Assembly: GCA_028690055.1 (NCBI GenBank) | Contig: JAQVBZ010000006.1 | Coordinates: 392-64,391, forward strand | Direction of reading: 5' to 3' | Source: Minisyncoccota bacterium | Lineage (GTDB): Bacteria; Patescibacteriota; Minisyncoccia; JAHIHE01; JAGLIN01 | Length of the DNA stretch: 64,000 nucleotides | In this document: in pieces, positions 20,218 through 30,419 of the stretch | How the letters are laid out: the number at the start of each line of letters is the position of its first letter | Numbering within the stretch: position 1 is the first letter of the stretch | Translations under genes and position numbers: made by a program | The notes under the pieces: model-generated | Database searches by the model: none | What the model saw: the letters and a program-made list of their open reading frames with translations, nothing else | What the model was told of the DNA's origin: nothing

Positions 20218-20234
20218 TTTTTTTATTTCAAAAG

Positions 20235-21500
20235 CTATAACTCGTTCTCAATTTCCATCAACCGATTATATTTTGCCAGTCTCTCTCCGCGCGAGAGCGA
20301 ACCGGTTTTTATGAACTCTGCTCCGGATGCCACCGCGAGGTCCGCAATAAAATCATCACAAGTTTCCCCGCTGCGATGAGAGACAATAATCTTCCACCCC
20401 AACTCCTGCGCTTTCTGTATGCACTCCACCGTCTCTGTCAGGCTTCCGATCTGGTTAAGTTTAATGATAATTCCGTTGGCACAATAATTTTTCGCAGCCG
20501 TTTCGACACGTTTCGGATTGGTAACAGTGAGATCATCGGCAATAACGACAAAATTCTTTTTTGCACCCAAGAATCTTTTCTTCATATCTTTCCACCCCTT
20601 CCAATCATTCTCATCCAATCCGTCTTCGATAGAAAGAAGCGGATATTTTTTCATCCATTCCAAATAAAGGGCTATCAGCTGATTCGTATCCAAACAAACA
20701 TTCCCGGGATTCACAACATATCGTTCATCTTTAGCAAAGTAGAAAGAATTCGCTGCCGCGTCAAGTGAAATAAAAACATCTTTGCCGGCGATATATCCGC
20801 TTTGCTCGATCGCTTTCAAAATAGAATCGATTCCCTCTTCAATACTGTTGAGTCGTGGCGCAAATCCGCCCTCATCGCCCACGCCGGTTCCGTACCCGCC
20901 TGAAGCTAAAATCTTTTTGAAATTATGAAAAATTTCACTACCGGCACGGATCCTTTCTTTTATGTTTTTAATTCCAACCGGCACAATCATAAATTCCTGG
21001 ATCGCTAGTCCGCTATCCGCGTGCTTACCGCCATTAAGAATATTGAACATCGGCACCGGCATCTGAAATTTACCTTCGAAACCGTAAGTCTTGGCAAGAT
21101 ATTTATAGAGAGGCTTATCTTGCGAGATTGCCGCGGCTCGAGCGCACGCCAAGGAGACGCCCAGAATCGCGTTCGCCCCCAGATTCGACTTATTTTCAGT
21201 CCCGTCCAACTTGAGCATCAACGCATCTATTTTTTTCTGCGCCGTTATATTCTGTCCGATTAAAACCGGAGCGATTTTCTTATTCACGTTCTCACAGGCT
21301 TGCAAGACTCCGTTTCCACCATAACGTTTCTCATCACCGTCACGCATCTCCAAAGCCTCAAATTCACCCGTAGAAGCGCCAGAAGCCACAGACGCCTTCG
21401 CTTTAATCTTATTATCGAGGATTACCTCTACCTCTACTGTCGGATTGCCTCGCGAGTCGAGGATTTCCCGAGCAATTATTTTTGCTATCTTCACAGGCAT
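20235..21500 (-). CDS. eno: enolase
   Basis: DSRGNPTVE, GDEGGFAP, SHRSGET, ERLAKYN. Confidence 0.97.
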   Translation of the reverse strand: MPVKIAKIIAREILDSRGNPTVEVEVILDNKIKAKASVASGASTGEFEALEMRDGDEKRYGGNGVLQACENVNKKIAPVLIGQNITAQKKIDALMLKLDGTENKSNLGANAILGVSLACARAAAISQDKPLYKYLAKTYGFEGKFQMPVPMFNILNGGKHADSGLAIQEFMIVPVGIKNIKERIRAGSEIFHNFKKILASGGYGTGVGDEGGFAPRLNSIEEGIDSILKAIEQSGYIAGKDVFISLDAAANSFYFAKDERYVVNPGNVCLDTNQLIALYLEWMKKYPLLSIEDGLDENDWKGWKDMKKRFLGAKKNFVVIADDLTVTNPKRVETAAKNYCANGIIIKLNQIGSLTETVECIQKAQELGWKIIVSHRSGETCDDFIADLAVASGAEFIKTGSLSRGERLAKYNRLMEIENEL

Positions 21501-21597
21501 ATTTGTAAATTTAAGATTATATTATATTAGTTCTCTATTCCGCAACACCCCCCTAACATCAAGACTATGTCGATTACATATTTTAATAGACTATAAA

Positions 21598-22755
21598 CTA
21601 TTTCAGTGCCTCGATCCCCGGCAACTTCTTTCCCGACAAAAATTCCAGCATCGCGCCACCGCCGGTGGAAACATGTTTCATATCATCGATATAGCCGAAA
21701 TTTACAAGCGCCAAAATCGTATCGCCACCGCCGATAATCGTCTCGGCCGAAGACTCCGCCATCGCTTTGGCAATTTCCCGAGTGCCGCGCGCATACTCCT
21801 CTTTCTCAAAGAGTCCGACGCTTCCATTCCAGACCACCGTACCGGATTTTCTGATGATTTCCTTATATTCCTCCAAACTTTTCTCACCTATGTCCAGTAT
21901 GCGGAAATTACCGACCGCTTCCGTTACCAGATTCACATCTTTCTTATCGGGATTATCCGTCACCACATCAACGGGAATGTGGATTTTGGGATTTTTGAGA
22001 TCAATCTTTTTTGCTTCATTGATATCCAGATCGTCCTTCACCGATTTGCCGATATCTATACCGTCTGCTTCAAGCAGAAAATTCGCTATCACGCCACCGA
22101 TCAAAATATTGTCGAATTTATCCAAAAGAAAATTGATGACTGGTAATTTAGTTTCCGCCTTAAGCCCGCCCATGATGATTGTGGCCGGACGCACGGGACT
22201 ATCAATGACTTTACTCAGAGCGCTGATTTCTTTTTCCAGCCCCAGTCCGGCGTAAGACGGTAAGAGGTGAGTAATGGACTCAACGGAAGCATGTGCACGA
22301 TGTGAGGCGGAAAAGGCCTCGTTGACATAAATATCGCCGAGAGCTGCCAATTTCTTGGCAAATTCCATATCATTCGCTTCTTCTTCACTATAGAAACGCA
22401 GATTTTCCAAAAGTATAATCTCCCCTTCTTGCATATTATCGACAGCTTTTTGCGCTATATCTCCCACACAATCGGGTGTCTTGGTCACGCTTAAATTTAA
22501 CATCTCAGACAAACGATCCTGCACCGGACCCAAACGCATATCCTCAACTACTTGCCCCTCCGGTCTTCCTAGATGTGACATCAAAATTATTTTAGCATCA
22601 TTTTCCAAGAGATATTTGATAGTCGGCAACGCGGCTGTAATACGCCAGGCCTCGTTCTCATCCACCACGCCGTCATCTCCAAGCGGCACATTAAAATCTA
22701 CCCGAACCAGAACTCTTTTACCTTTTAGGTCTCCAACTTCTTTTATACTTTTCAT
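21598..22755 (-). CDS. pgk: phosphoglycerate kinase
   Basis: RVDFNVP, SHLGRP, LENLRF, STGGGA. Confidence 0.97.
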   Translation of the reverse strand: MKSIKEVGDLKGKRVLVRVDFNVPLGDDGVVDENEAWRITAALPTIKYLLENDAKIILMSHLGRPEGQVVEDMRLGPVQDRLSEMLNLSVTKTPDCVGDIAQKAVDNMQEGEIILLENLRFYSEEEANDMEFAKKLAALGDIYVNEAFSASHRAHASVESITHLLPSYAGLGLEKEISALSKVIDSPVRPATIIMGGLKAETKLPVINFLLDKFDNILIGGVIANFLLEADGIDIGKSVKDDLDINEAKKIDLKNPKIHIPVDVVTDNPDKKDVNLVTEAVGNFRILDIGEKSLEEYKEIIRKSGTVVWNGSVGLFEKEEYARGTREIAKAMAESSAETIIGGGDTILALVNFGYIDDMKHVSTGGGAMLEFLSGKKLPGIEALK

Positions 22756-22795
22756 AGGCTATGATTATTTGTGTAAATTATTGAGAGATACCGTC

Positions 22796-23022
22796 TGCCA
22801 TTCTGAGGTACCCTGAAGAATCCCGTCATATTTAAAATATTTATTACGTGCGCCGTATCATCCTGAACTTATTTCAGGACCCTCTTCTTATAAAAAATAA
22901 ATTTATCATATCTCACAAAACCGAATATTGAGCTTTTGTAAATGCTTATAAATATTTCTTTATCAAAAAATATAAAGTTAATGCGTTATATACCGCGGAC
23001 CCTGAACAAGTTTAGGGTGACA
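22796..23022. repeat. degenerate TGTCAT-family arms (one solo arm plus a paired element 22856-23022)
   Basis: tgccattctgaggtaccctgaagaatcc; tatcatcctgaacttatttcagga ... ccctgaacaagtttagggtgaca. Confidence 0.7.
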
Positions 23023-23077
23023 CGATAAGAAGTCTCTCTCCCCGTGATACACGATTTATCCGCATAGCGTTCCATGC

Positions 23078-23488
23078 TTAATAAAATCTATCTTTTGAAA
23101 AGTTCTCTAGGAATTTGGCGGACGGAATAAAAAGCGGCTCCGGCAAATCATTCAAATCATACCAATCCCAGCTTTCAAATTTATCCGTCTCCATCACCTG
23201 CGCCGTTCCTGAAAATTTTCCGACAACCGCACCGATAGTAACGAAGTGTTTGTCATAAGCTATGTCATTCGTCATTGAGACAATTTCAAAATCCCAACCG
23301 TCCAAACCGGTTTCTTCTTTGAGCTCTCTGCGCGCGCATTCTTCGAGCATTTCTCCGAATTCAAGATGTCCACCCGGCAGAGAGAAAGTGCCTTCTCCGA
23401 GCTTACCTTTTCTCTTGCCCAATAGAACTTTTCCATCGGGCTCCAGAACCAAAACCCCTACTCCGACACGCACGATTTTGTCTGACAT
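23078..23488 (-). CDS. NUDIX hydrolase (NUDT15/MutT-like)
   Basis: PGGHLEFGE...ARRELKEETGL Nudix box. Confidence 0.9.
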   Translation of the reverse strand: MSDKIVRVGVGVLVLEPDGKVLLGKRKGKLGEGTFSLPGGHLEFGEMLEECARRELKEETGLDGWDFEIVSMTNDIAYDKHFVTIGAVVGKFSGTAQVMETDKFESWDWYDLNDLPEPLFIPSAKFLENFSKDRFY

Positions 23489-23543
23489 AATTTTATTAGC
23501 TATATTATATTATACTTCCCTTTATCACTTTTATCGCGATTCA

Positions 23544-23709
23544 TAGGGGCACAATATCTTGTGCCTTTTTTGCGTGTCATCGCGAGGAGATACTCCGAGT
23601 TTATCCCCGCAGAGACAGGAACGGCAATCCCGTGACTATATTTCACCAAACACTACACAAAGATTATCCGGTTGAGTGTCGGAATTGTTGTACTATATTC
23701 GCAATGACA
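23544..23709. repeat. GTAG-like REP hairpin (23544-23567) adjacent to a TGTCATCGCGAG...CGCAATGACA element (23575-23709)
   Basis: taggggcacaatatcttgtgcc; tgtcatcgcgagg...ttcgcaatgaca. Confidence 0.7.
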
Positions 23710-23755
23710 GCAACCTTGGTCAAAAAACCAAGGCGTCCATATTAAAAAACAGAGT

Positions 23756-24187
23756 CTACCCTTCCACGATTTCGAAATTAATCTTATCCCCAAGCTCGTC
23801 CTGCAAATCACCCCAAGCCAGAAGAACTTCTACGTTCGGATATTTTTCTTTCAAGATATCACGCGACTTTTTCATATCATTGAGCTGTTTAACCAGCTCA
23901 TCTTCCTTGGAGGCAAAAGTATTTTCCTTGGCGTAAGCCCCACAATCACTGTGATGAAAAATAACCACTCTGCTGGCGTGGTGAAGGTCGGTTGAGACAC
24001 TCACCTGTTGCAGAAAGAAATCCTTGATTTCCCCGCTGCCATCCGCCAGGCTTTTGCTGGCACCGGCAAGCGAGATGACGTCGAATCCACCCTCGAATAG
24101 TTTGCTTTCTTCGATCCAACACATAAGTTCATCGCGCAAGCGAAAATCCATACAACGGATCAAAAGATTTTTACAATTGTGTGACAT
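23756..24187 (-). CDS. putative beta-type carbonic anhydrase-like protein
   Basis: CMDFR and HHSDCGAY zinc-ligand motifs. Confidence 0.8.
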   Translation of the reverse strand: MSHNCKNLLIRCMDFRLRDELMCWIEESKLFEGGFDVISLAGASKSLADGSGEIKDFFLQQVSVSTDLHHASRVVIFHHSDCGAYAKENTFASKEDELVKQLNDMKKSRDILKEKYPNVEVLLAWGDLQDELGDKINFEIVEG

Positions 24188-24228
24188 ATTTTTGACTTAT
24201 CAATTTATAAGGAGTTGTCCTTGAGAAT

Positions 24229-25236
24229 CTATTCTATCGAATCCGCCACCATTTTAGCCATATCAATCAGACGGCTGGAATATCCGAATTCATTGTCGTA
24301 CCAAGAACAAACTTTCACCAAGTTGCCGTTTACCCGAGTGAGCGGCAAGTCAACAATCGAAGAAAGCGGGTTGGCTTTGAAATCTACAGAGACCAATTCT
24401 TCCTGAGTCGCCCCCAAAACACCTTTCATCTCGCCGTCAGCAGCTTCGGCAAAAAAGCTATTGATTTCTTCCACTGAAGTTTCTCTCTTCATAACCGCTA
24501 CGAAATCAACGATAGAGACCACTGAGGTCGGCACGCGCATCGCGATACCGTCGATATTGCCCTTGAGTTCAGGAATGGCTTTGGCAACCGCCTTGGCCGC
24601 TCCGGTCGTAGTCGGGATTATAGAAACCGCCGCCGCACGCGCTCTGCGAAAATCGTCATGCGGAAGATCCAGAATCCTCTGGTCATTGGTATAGCTATGT
24701 ACCGTGGTCATAAAACTTTTCTCGATGCCGATTTTATCGTTCAAAATTTTCGCAACCGGCGCCAGACAGTTGGTAGTGCAAGAACCGTTGGAAACGATAT
24801 CATGCTCTGCCGGGTTATAATCGCCTTCATTTACTCCCATAATCAAAATCGGCACGCCCTCGCCCTTGGCCGCCGCGCTGATAACGACTTTTTTGGCACC
24901 TGCCGCCAAATGCTTGCCCGCGGAATCTTTGTCCACAAAAAATCCGGTGCATTCCAGCACCACGTCCACACCCAGATCTTCCCAAGGAAGATTGGCGGGG
25001 TCTTTCTGAGCAAAAACACGGATTGCCTTGCCGTCCACGATAATATTTTCTTCATCAAAACTGATTTCCTTGGCATAGACCCCATAATTGGAATCATATT
25101 TCAAAAGATGCGCCAATGTCTTGGTGTCGGTGAGATCATTGACCGCCACTACCTCGAACTCGGGGTTATCGAAAGCGATACGGAAAGAAATTCTACCGAT
25201 ACGCCCGAAACCATTGATTGCGATTTTTTTTGCCAT
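24229..25236 (-). CDS. gap: glyceraldehyde-3-phosphate dehydrogenase type I
   Basis: INGFGRIGR, SCTTNCLAP, WYDNE. Confidence 0.97.
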   Translation of the reverse strand: MAKKIAINGFGRIGRISFRIAFDNPEFEVVAVNDLTDTKTLAHLLKYDSNYGVYAKEISFDEENIIVDGKAIRVFAQKDPANLPWEDLGVDVVLECTGFFVDKDSAGKHLAAGAKKVVISAAAKGEGVPILIMGVNEGDYNPAEHDIVSNGSCTTNCLAPVAKILNDKIGIEKSFMTTVHSYTNDQRILDLPHDDFRRARAAAVSIIPTTTGAAKAVAKAIPELKGNIDGIAMRVPTSVVSIVDFVAVMKRETSVEEINSFFAEAADGEMKGVLGATQEELVSVDFKANPLSSIVDLPLTRVNGNLVKVCSWYDNEFGYSSRLIDMAKMVADSIE

Positions 25237-25346
25237 ACAAGATAATTTATGATTAAAAGTTATATCCGCCTTTATTCTAGACTTAATTATACTATATTTT
25301 ATTTAAAAATACCAATACGAGGTCTGATTTCAAACATTTTGTAACG

Positions 25347-25430
25347 TGTAATTCTGAGATATCCCGAAGAATCTCGATTCATCCCGCATAGCAGCGAGAC
25401 CCTTCGTTTCACTTCGCTGCAGAATTCAGA
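25347..25430. repeat. degenerate TGTCAT-family element
   Basis: tgtaattctgag...cgaagaatctcg ... cgagacccttcg...gcagaattca. Confidence 0.55.
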
Positions 25431-25538
25431 TATCGGGCAGTTCGTCATAAAAAAGTAATATCCGACGCGCACAAAACAAAAAACCGATTGCGGACATAAT
25501 CACGCAATCGATTTTCTTTTACTCTCTCCCGCCATCAA

Positions 25539-26468
25539 CTAGTAAAAACGGATACTTTCAAACATATCCTGATCATAAACTTCACCTCCATCAGAAAAAA
25601 GCATGCCTCCTTTGGGAAGATAAGCGTAAACCAATTTATTTTTGGAAGGATTATACAGGATATCAGTAACCTGGTCTGTGGCGCAGGCCAACTCCCTTCC
25701 CAGGTAATCTTTATCTCCTGTCTTTTTGATTGTCAGCCGATAGGTATTTTCCTGACCTGACCATTCCTCCTTACTTACTATAGCGCACCCCGCGCCATAA
25801 ACGTTCCTTATGAATTCATTAAGCATATCCGTATCGACAATCTTTGTTATGTGTAGAGAAATCCCCTCGGCGGGATTGCCCACAATCGGTATCGATGAGA
25901 TGTTAAATCTATCTCCTACTATTTCTTTCTTAATCAGAGGAAGGGTATAAAACTTCTTCCTGCAATCGAACACTCCGTCGTTGTCGTTGTCGGAGAGATT
26001 AGGATCGCCGGTATTGATGGGGTCATCCTCTTCGAAAGTAATTCTGTCCGGATCCTCGACTGTCGTTGTCGTAGGAGTATAATTGTCAAAATAATATTCC
26101 GGTACGATAAATATGCCTCCCGTGCCATAATCATCGTACACTAAAATCTTGGCCTCAAATTTCGTTTGCTTGCAATTGTCTACACCCAGAACCCTCTGCG
26201 GCACATTCAAAGAAAAGCCCAATCTACCGTTCTGATAAATCCTCCAATCCGCCGGGTCTTCGATATTTTCCAGATTACCGTTAAGCACTTCCGTCGACGG
26301 GACAAAGGTGTTGTCGGCCGGATCTATATCTTCCCAATCGGTAGGAGGGGGTGTTTTACTGCTGGAATGATTACCTTGAGACACCTTCCACTGCCACGCC
26401 AGATAAATCGCCCCACCGAAAAACACGAGAGCAATAATAATCATCAATAACCTTTTTATTTTACCCAT
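25539..26468 (-). CDS. membrane-anchored extracellular hypothetical protein
   Basis: N-terminal TM, WRIYQNGRLGFSL segment, C-terminal MFESIRF. Confidence 0.75.
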   Translation of the reverse strand: MGKIKRLLMIIIALVFFGGAIYLAWQWKVSQGNHSSSKTPPPTDWEDIDPADNTFVPSTEVLNGNLENIEDPADWRIYQNGRLGFSLNVPQRVLGVDNCKQTKFEAKILVYDDYGTGGIFIVPEYYFDNYTPTTTTVEDPDRITFEEDDPINTGDPNLSDNDNDGVFDCRKKFYTLPLIKKEIVGDRFNISSIPIVGNPAEGISLHITKIVDTDMLNEFIRNVYGAGCAIVSKEEWSGQENTYRLTIKKTGDKDYLGRELACATDQVTDILYNPSKNKLVYAYLPKGGMLFSDGGEVYDQDMFESIRFY

Positions 26469-26577
26469 ATTTTGTTTTACAGATTAAAATATGACGTATA
26501 CTTTTTATATATGTTTTATTATACTATAAAACTGCAAAAAAATAAAATAACGATTACAAAAAAACGACTTGCAACGC

Positions 26578-26948
26578 GTCATCCTGAGGTACTCCGAAGG
26601 ATCCCGTTTATATCCCGCACGAAGTGTCATTCTGAGATATTTGGGAAAAATATCAGACTCAAGAACAGAGCAATAAAATAAAAAAATTTTGTCATTCCGG
26701 AATGAGGTACTCCAACTGAGGAATCTGAGAAAAATACCATGCAATCCCAGAGTTTTGTCCATAAAGATAATATCAGGCGATTTTTACTCAAACCCCAGAT
26801 TTCTCATTCGCAAAAGGGCACAAGATATTTTGCCCCTACAATACAAAATGACAAGATACGCGCTGTGTCATCCTGAGGTATACCGAAGGATCCCGTTATG
26901 TCCTGCGAAATAACGAAATCCTTCATTCCCCTCCGCTGCGCAATAACA
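26578..26948. repeat. cluster of four TGTCAT-family arms/elements with a nested GTAG REP (26815-26839)
   Basis: gtcat starts at 26578, 26626, 26691 and 26867; paired element 26690-26853. Confidence 0.8.
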
Positions 26949-26977
26949 AACGCAGATTATATAACGAGTAAGATTTC

Positions 26978-27231
26978 TCACCTATCGATCTTTCTCAAAT
27001 ACTTTCCGACCGCAAGCATCGTCAATCCCCAAAAAACCAACCCCAAATACATACCTAACTGAAAAGGTCCACTACCAAAACTACTGAAAGGTGCCGGACC
27101 GTTAATAATCCAGAGATACCCTTCGTAATCGCCATGAATCCACCAGCTTAAGAAAAACGGACTCAATATAAACCAGGACCCGCGACTAGAAGAACTGAAA
27201 TTAGACGGCCGTGATTCTCTTTTTTATTCAT
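26978..27231 (-). pseudogene. small membrane protein gene, apparent frameshift near 27180
   Basis: ATG 27231 gives MNKKENHGRLISVLLVAG, which joins SWFILSPFFLSWWIHG... if one G is added in GCGGGT. Confidence 0.5.
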
Positions 27232-27245
27232 AAAAAGCCATCAAT

Positions 27246-27911
27246 TTAGTTAGTCATTATGGCTTTCACACATTTTTCATGTTTTTGAGACCACTCATAA
27301 AATAACTCAACTGCCTTCTTGGAAAAAATAAATAACGACTGGATATCACCATTCATTTCTTCGCCCTTCTTAAAAAAATATGACTTACCGTACACCACGC
27401 ACACTAAATCTTTGTCCGGGATGGCATTGGAATGCACCAACGCATTTCGAATATCTAGAAGAAATTTCCATTCTTCATTATTTTCAACGGTAATTAACTT
27501 TAGTTCTTCTGAAGCTGAAGCAGACATAATATCTTTCAGATATTTTCTCTTTTCTCTTTCTTTAGGTTTCTCATTGTCTAAAAAAGTTTTAACAGGAAAA
27601 CCCTCTTTCAAACTTATATCCTTAGCAGTAGACTCCAAGATGCTAATTATGGCAACAAATGTGAATCTGGACTGGTCAATTATTATACAACCTATTTGCC
27701 GGACAGGATCAACTGCGACAGAATCTCCCTGAATGTTAAACTTTAGAGATTCCGATTGATCCTTTAATAATCGAAACAATACATCAGTAGAGTCAAAAAT
27801 AGGACTCACGTGATATAGTGCTCCACTATTGTCGGTTGCTTTCCTTTTAACACAAAAAGCTCCTATTCCTTCCATGAGGATCAAGCTGTCTTCGAGATGT
27901 TTTGTGAGCAT
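27246..27911 (-). CDS. hypothetical protein, HEPN-like RxxxxH motif
   Basis: 221 aa, low GC, ILES helix and IRNALVH. Confidence 0.65.
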   Translation of the reverse strand: MLTKHLEDSLILMEGIGAFCVKRKATDNSGALYHVSPIFDSTDVLFRLLKDQSESLKFNIQGDSVAVDPVRQIGCIIIDQSRFTFVAIISILESTAKDISLKEGFPVKTFLDNEKPKEREKRKYLKDIMSASASEELKLITVENNEEWKFLLDIRNALVHSNAIPDKDLVCVVYGKSYFFKKGEEMNGDIQSLFIFSKKAVELFYEWSQKHEKCVKAIMTN

Positions 27912-28020
27912 GTTTACAAATTATTTTACTGTTTCGCTGGACATAATATCTTCTGTCCGAACACAAAACTATATTTCATCGATTCCACAAGCCTTCTCCC
28001 ACGCGGCAACACCTTCTTTT

Positions 28021-28124
28021 TGTCATCCAGTAGGGATCCCTTGAATGGTATCATGATAGCAATGATTTGCTATTTAAGACTAATAAAATTTAGGGGATTC
28101 CTCCGCTTACGCTGCGGAATGACA
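28021..28124. repeat. TGTCAT-family element
   Basis: tgtcatcc...gggatccc ... ggggattcc...cggaatgaca. Confidence 0.7.
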
Positions 28125-28176
28125 AAAAGAATGGCTTTATTGCGGGAGATAGAGATTGTCCGAATTAACGATGTTG

Positions 28177-28950
28177 TTATTTCACAAACTCCTTCACAAT
28201 CCCCACAAATTCTCTCGCTTCCAAAGATGCTCCGCCGATCAGGAGGCCTCGTAAGCCAGTCTTATCCACTAGGTCGAAACAGTTCTGACTCGTCACGCTG
28301 CCGCCGTAGAGGATAGGCGTACTATCTACGATTTCGCGACTGTATAATTTACTGATGATTTTCTTGATCAGGAGGCCGACTCCCATAATGTCATCCGTCG
28401 AGGGGGTCGTACCGGAACCGATAGCCCAGATGGGTTCATAAGCGATCAGTAATTTTCCGTATATGTCTTTCTCTGTGATGTCCTGTAGCGCTTGCTCGAG
28501 CTGGCGGATAATGACTTCGCCCGCTTCTCCCCTTTTTCTTTCTTCCAAGGTCTCCCCCACGCACAGTATCGGCCGCATCCCGCCATCAAGGCACGCTTTT
28601 ATCTTGAGGTTCACCATCTCATCCGTCTCACCGAGATATTTTCTTCTCTCCGAATGACCGATGATAACATATTTGACACCAACCTTGCGGAGCATCTCAC
28701 TCGAGATTTCCCCGGTATAAGCCCCGCGGCTTTCCCAGAAAAGATTCTGCGCGCCCAGCTTTATCTCACCCTTAGCGTCAAAATCAGAAAGAAAAAGATA
28801 GGGCATACAGATGACCGCCTCTATCTTGTCGCTGCGCATACGATAAGCGTCGTTTTCCATCTCGTCAAAAATCGTTTCCGCATCATCCAAAGACGGAGGG
28901 TTCATTTTCCAGTTGCCCACGATATAGATCTTTTCTTTTTCCTGAGTCAT
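28177..28950 (-). CDS. tpiA: triosephosphate isomerase
   Basis: GNWKMN, GHSERR, AYEPIWAIG, LYGGSV. Confidence 0.97.
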   Translation of the reverse strand: MTQEKEKIYIVGNWKMNPPSLDDAETIFDEMENDAYRMRSDKIEAVICMPYLFLSDFDAKGEIKLGAQNLFWESRGAYTGEISSEMLRKVGVKYVIIGHSERRKYLGETDEMVNLKIKACLDGGMRPILCVGETLEERKRGEAGEVIIRQLEQALQDITEKDIYGKLLIAYEPIWAIGSGTTPSTDDIMGVGLLIKKIISKLYSREIVDSTPILYGGSVTSQNCFDLVDKTGLRGLLIGGASLEAREFVGIVKEFVK

Positions 28951-29004
28951 TTTATTGATTTTAATGCTTACACTACTGAACATATTTAAAAGGTATTTTT
29001 CTTT

Positions 29005-29041
29005 CCCTCTCTCCTACCGGGAGAGGGTCGAGGTGAGGGGG
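29005..29041. repeat. CCCTCTCC-N-GGAGAGGG palindromic repeat (related copies at ~29117-29130 and ~62498-62518)
   Basis: ccctctctcctaccgggagagggtcgaggtgagggg; ccctctcccgatgggagaggg. Confidence 0.6.
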
Positions 29042-29149
29042 GATGATCACTTTACCCTATATTACGTTTTTCACACACCCCACAAAACGACATGGCTGAA
29101 GCTCTGTCGGCGCCACCCCTCTCTAGAGGGAAATTAAGGTCGCACAAAT

Positions 29150-30406
29150 TTACAGATTCCTTCTAAGTTTCTCCGCCGTGGCGACTCTCTCCACCGCAAT
29201 CGCATAAGCCGCCAGTCGCAAAGAGCAATTTTCCGTACAGCATTTTTTGCCCCACACCTCGTCGAATGCGTCTTCGATGATCGTTCTCAAGCGAGAAATA
29301 TTTTCATTCTCACTCCAATAGAAATTTTGCAGATTCTGCACCCATTCGAAATAGCTCACGATCACCCCGCCGGCATTGGCAAGAATATCCGGCACCACCG
29401 TCACGCCTTTTTTCTCAAGAAGAATATCAGCCTCGGGTGTTAACGGACCGTTGGCCATTTCCACGATGAGTTTTGCTTTGATCTTATCCGCGTTCTTATC
29501 TGTAATGACATTTTCCAGTGCGGAAGGCATAAGGACATCCACGTCCAGCTCCAAAAGTTCTTCATTGGTGATAGTACGTGTTCCCGGATAGCCCACCACG
29601 CTGCCGGTGGCTTCTTTATGTTTCAAAACTTCTTTGGCATTCAAGGTCTTTTCTTTACCGTCTTCCAGAACGATACCTCCTTTGGAATCGGAGACTGCCA
29701 CCACGTTATATCCGAGAGCGAACAAAATGTCCGCGGCAAAATACCCCACGTTTCCAAAACCTTGGATTGCAATTTTGATTTTCTTGGCATCAAGCTCCAA
29801 CTTTTCTACGATTTTTTCGAAGACATAAACTCCGCCCTGTGAAGTGGAAAATTTCCGCCCCCTGGTTCCTCCGACCTCGATCGGCTTACCTGTCACCACA
29901 CCCGGCACGTTGTAGCCTTGCATGCGGCTGAATTCGTCCATCATCCACGCCATAATCTGCGGATCAGTATTGACATCCGGAGCGGGAATGTCTTTTTCCG
30001 GACCGATAAAATCCCGAAGCGCTTGGACATATCCGCGCGACAATCGCTCCAATTCCCCTTTTGATAGTTTCCTGACATCCACAATCACACCGCCCTTACC
30101 GCCGCCGTAAGGAAGCCCGACTACCGAACATTTCCAAGTCATCCACGCCGAAAGCGCTTTCACTTCAGAAAGATTTACATCGGGATGAAAACGAATTCCG
30201 CCCTTGAAAGGACCGAGAGCGTCGTTGTATTGCGAGCGATAACCCTTGAAGACCTCGATTTTGCCCGAATCCATCTTGACCGGAATATTGACTATCATAA
30301 TCTTTTTCGGATGTTTCAGAATCTCCAAAGTGGATTCATCGACATCTATAATTTTGGAAACATTTTCCAATTGTCGAAGCGCATTCTTAAAGGCATCGCT
30401 TTTCAT
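29150..30406 (-). CDS. gdhA: glutamate dehydrogenase (Glu/Leu/Phe/Val family)
   Basis: GPFKGGIRFHP, GGGKGG, DIPAPDV, QGFGNVG, NAGGVIVSYFEW. Confidence 0.95.
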   Translation of the reverse strand: MKSDAFKNALRQLENVSKIIDVDESTLEILKHPKKIMIVNIPVKMDSGKIEVFKGYRSQYNDALGPFKGGIRFHPDVNLSEVKALSAWMTWKCSVVGLPYGGGKGGVIVDVRKLSKGELERLSRGYVQALRDFIGPEKDIPAPDVNTDPQIMAWMMDEFSRMQGYNVPGVVTGKPIEVGGTRGRKFSTSQGGVYVFEKIVEKLELDAKKIKIAIQGFGNVGYFAADILFALGYNVVAVSDSKGGIVLEDGKEKTLNAKEVLKHKEATGSVVGYPGTRTITNEELLELDVDVLMPSALENVITDKNADKIKAKLIVEMANGPLTPEADILLEKKGVTVVPDILANAGGVIVSYFEWVQNLQNFYWSENENISRLRTIIEDAFDEVWGKKCCTENCSLRLAAYAIAVERVATAEKLRRNL

Positions 30407-30419
30407 ATTTTTATTATTC

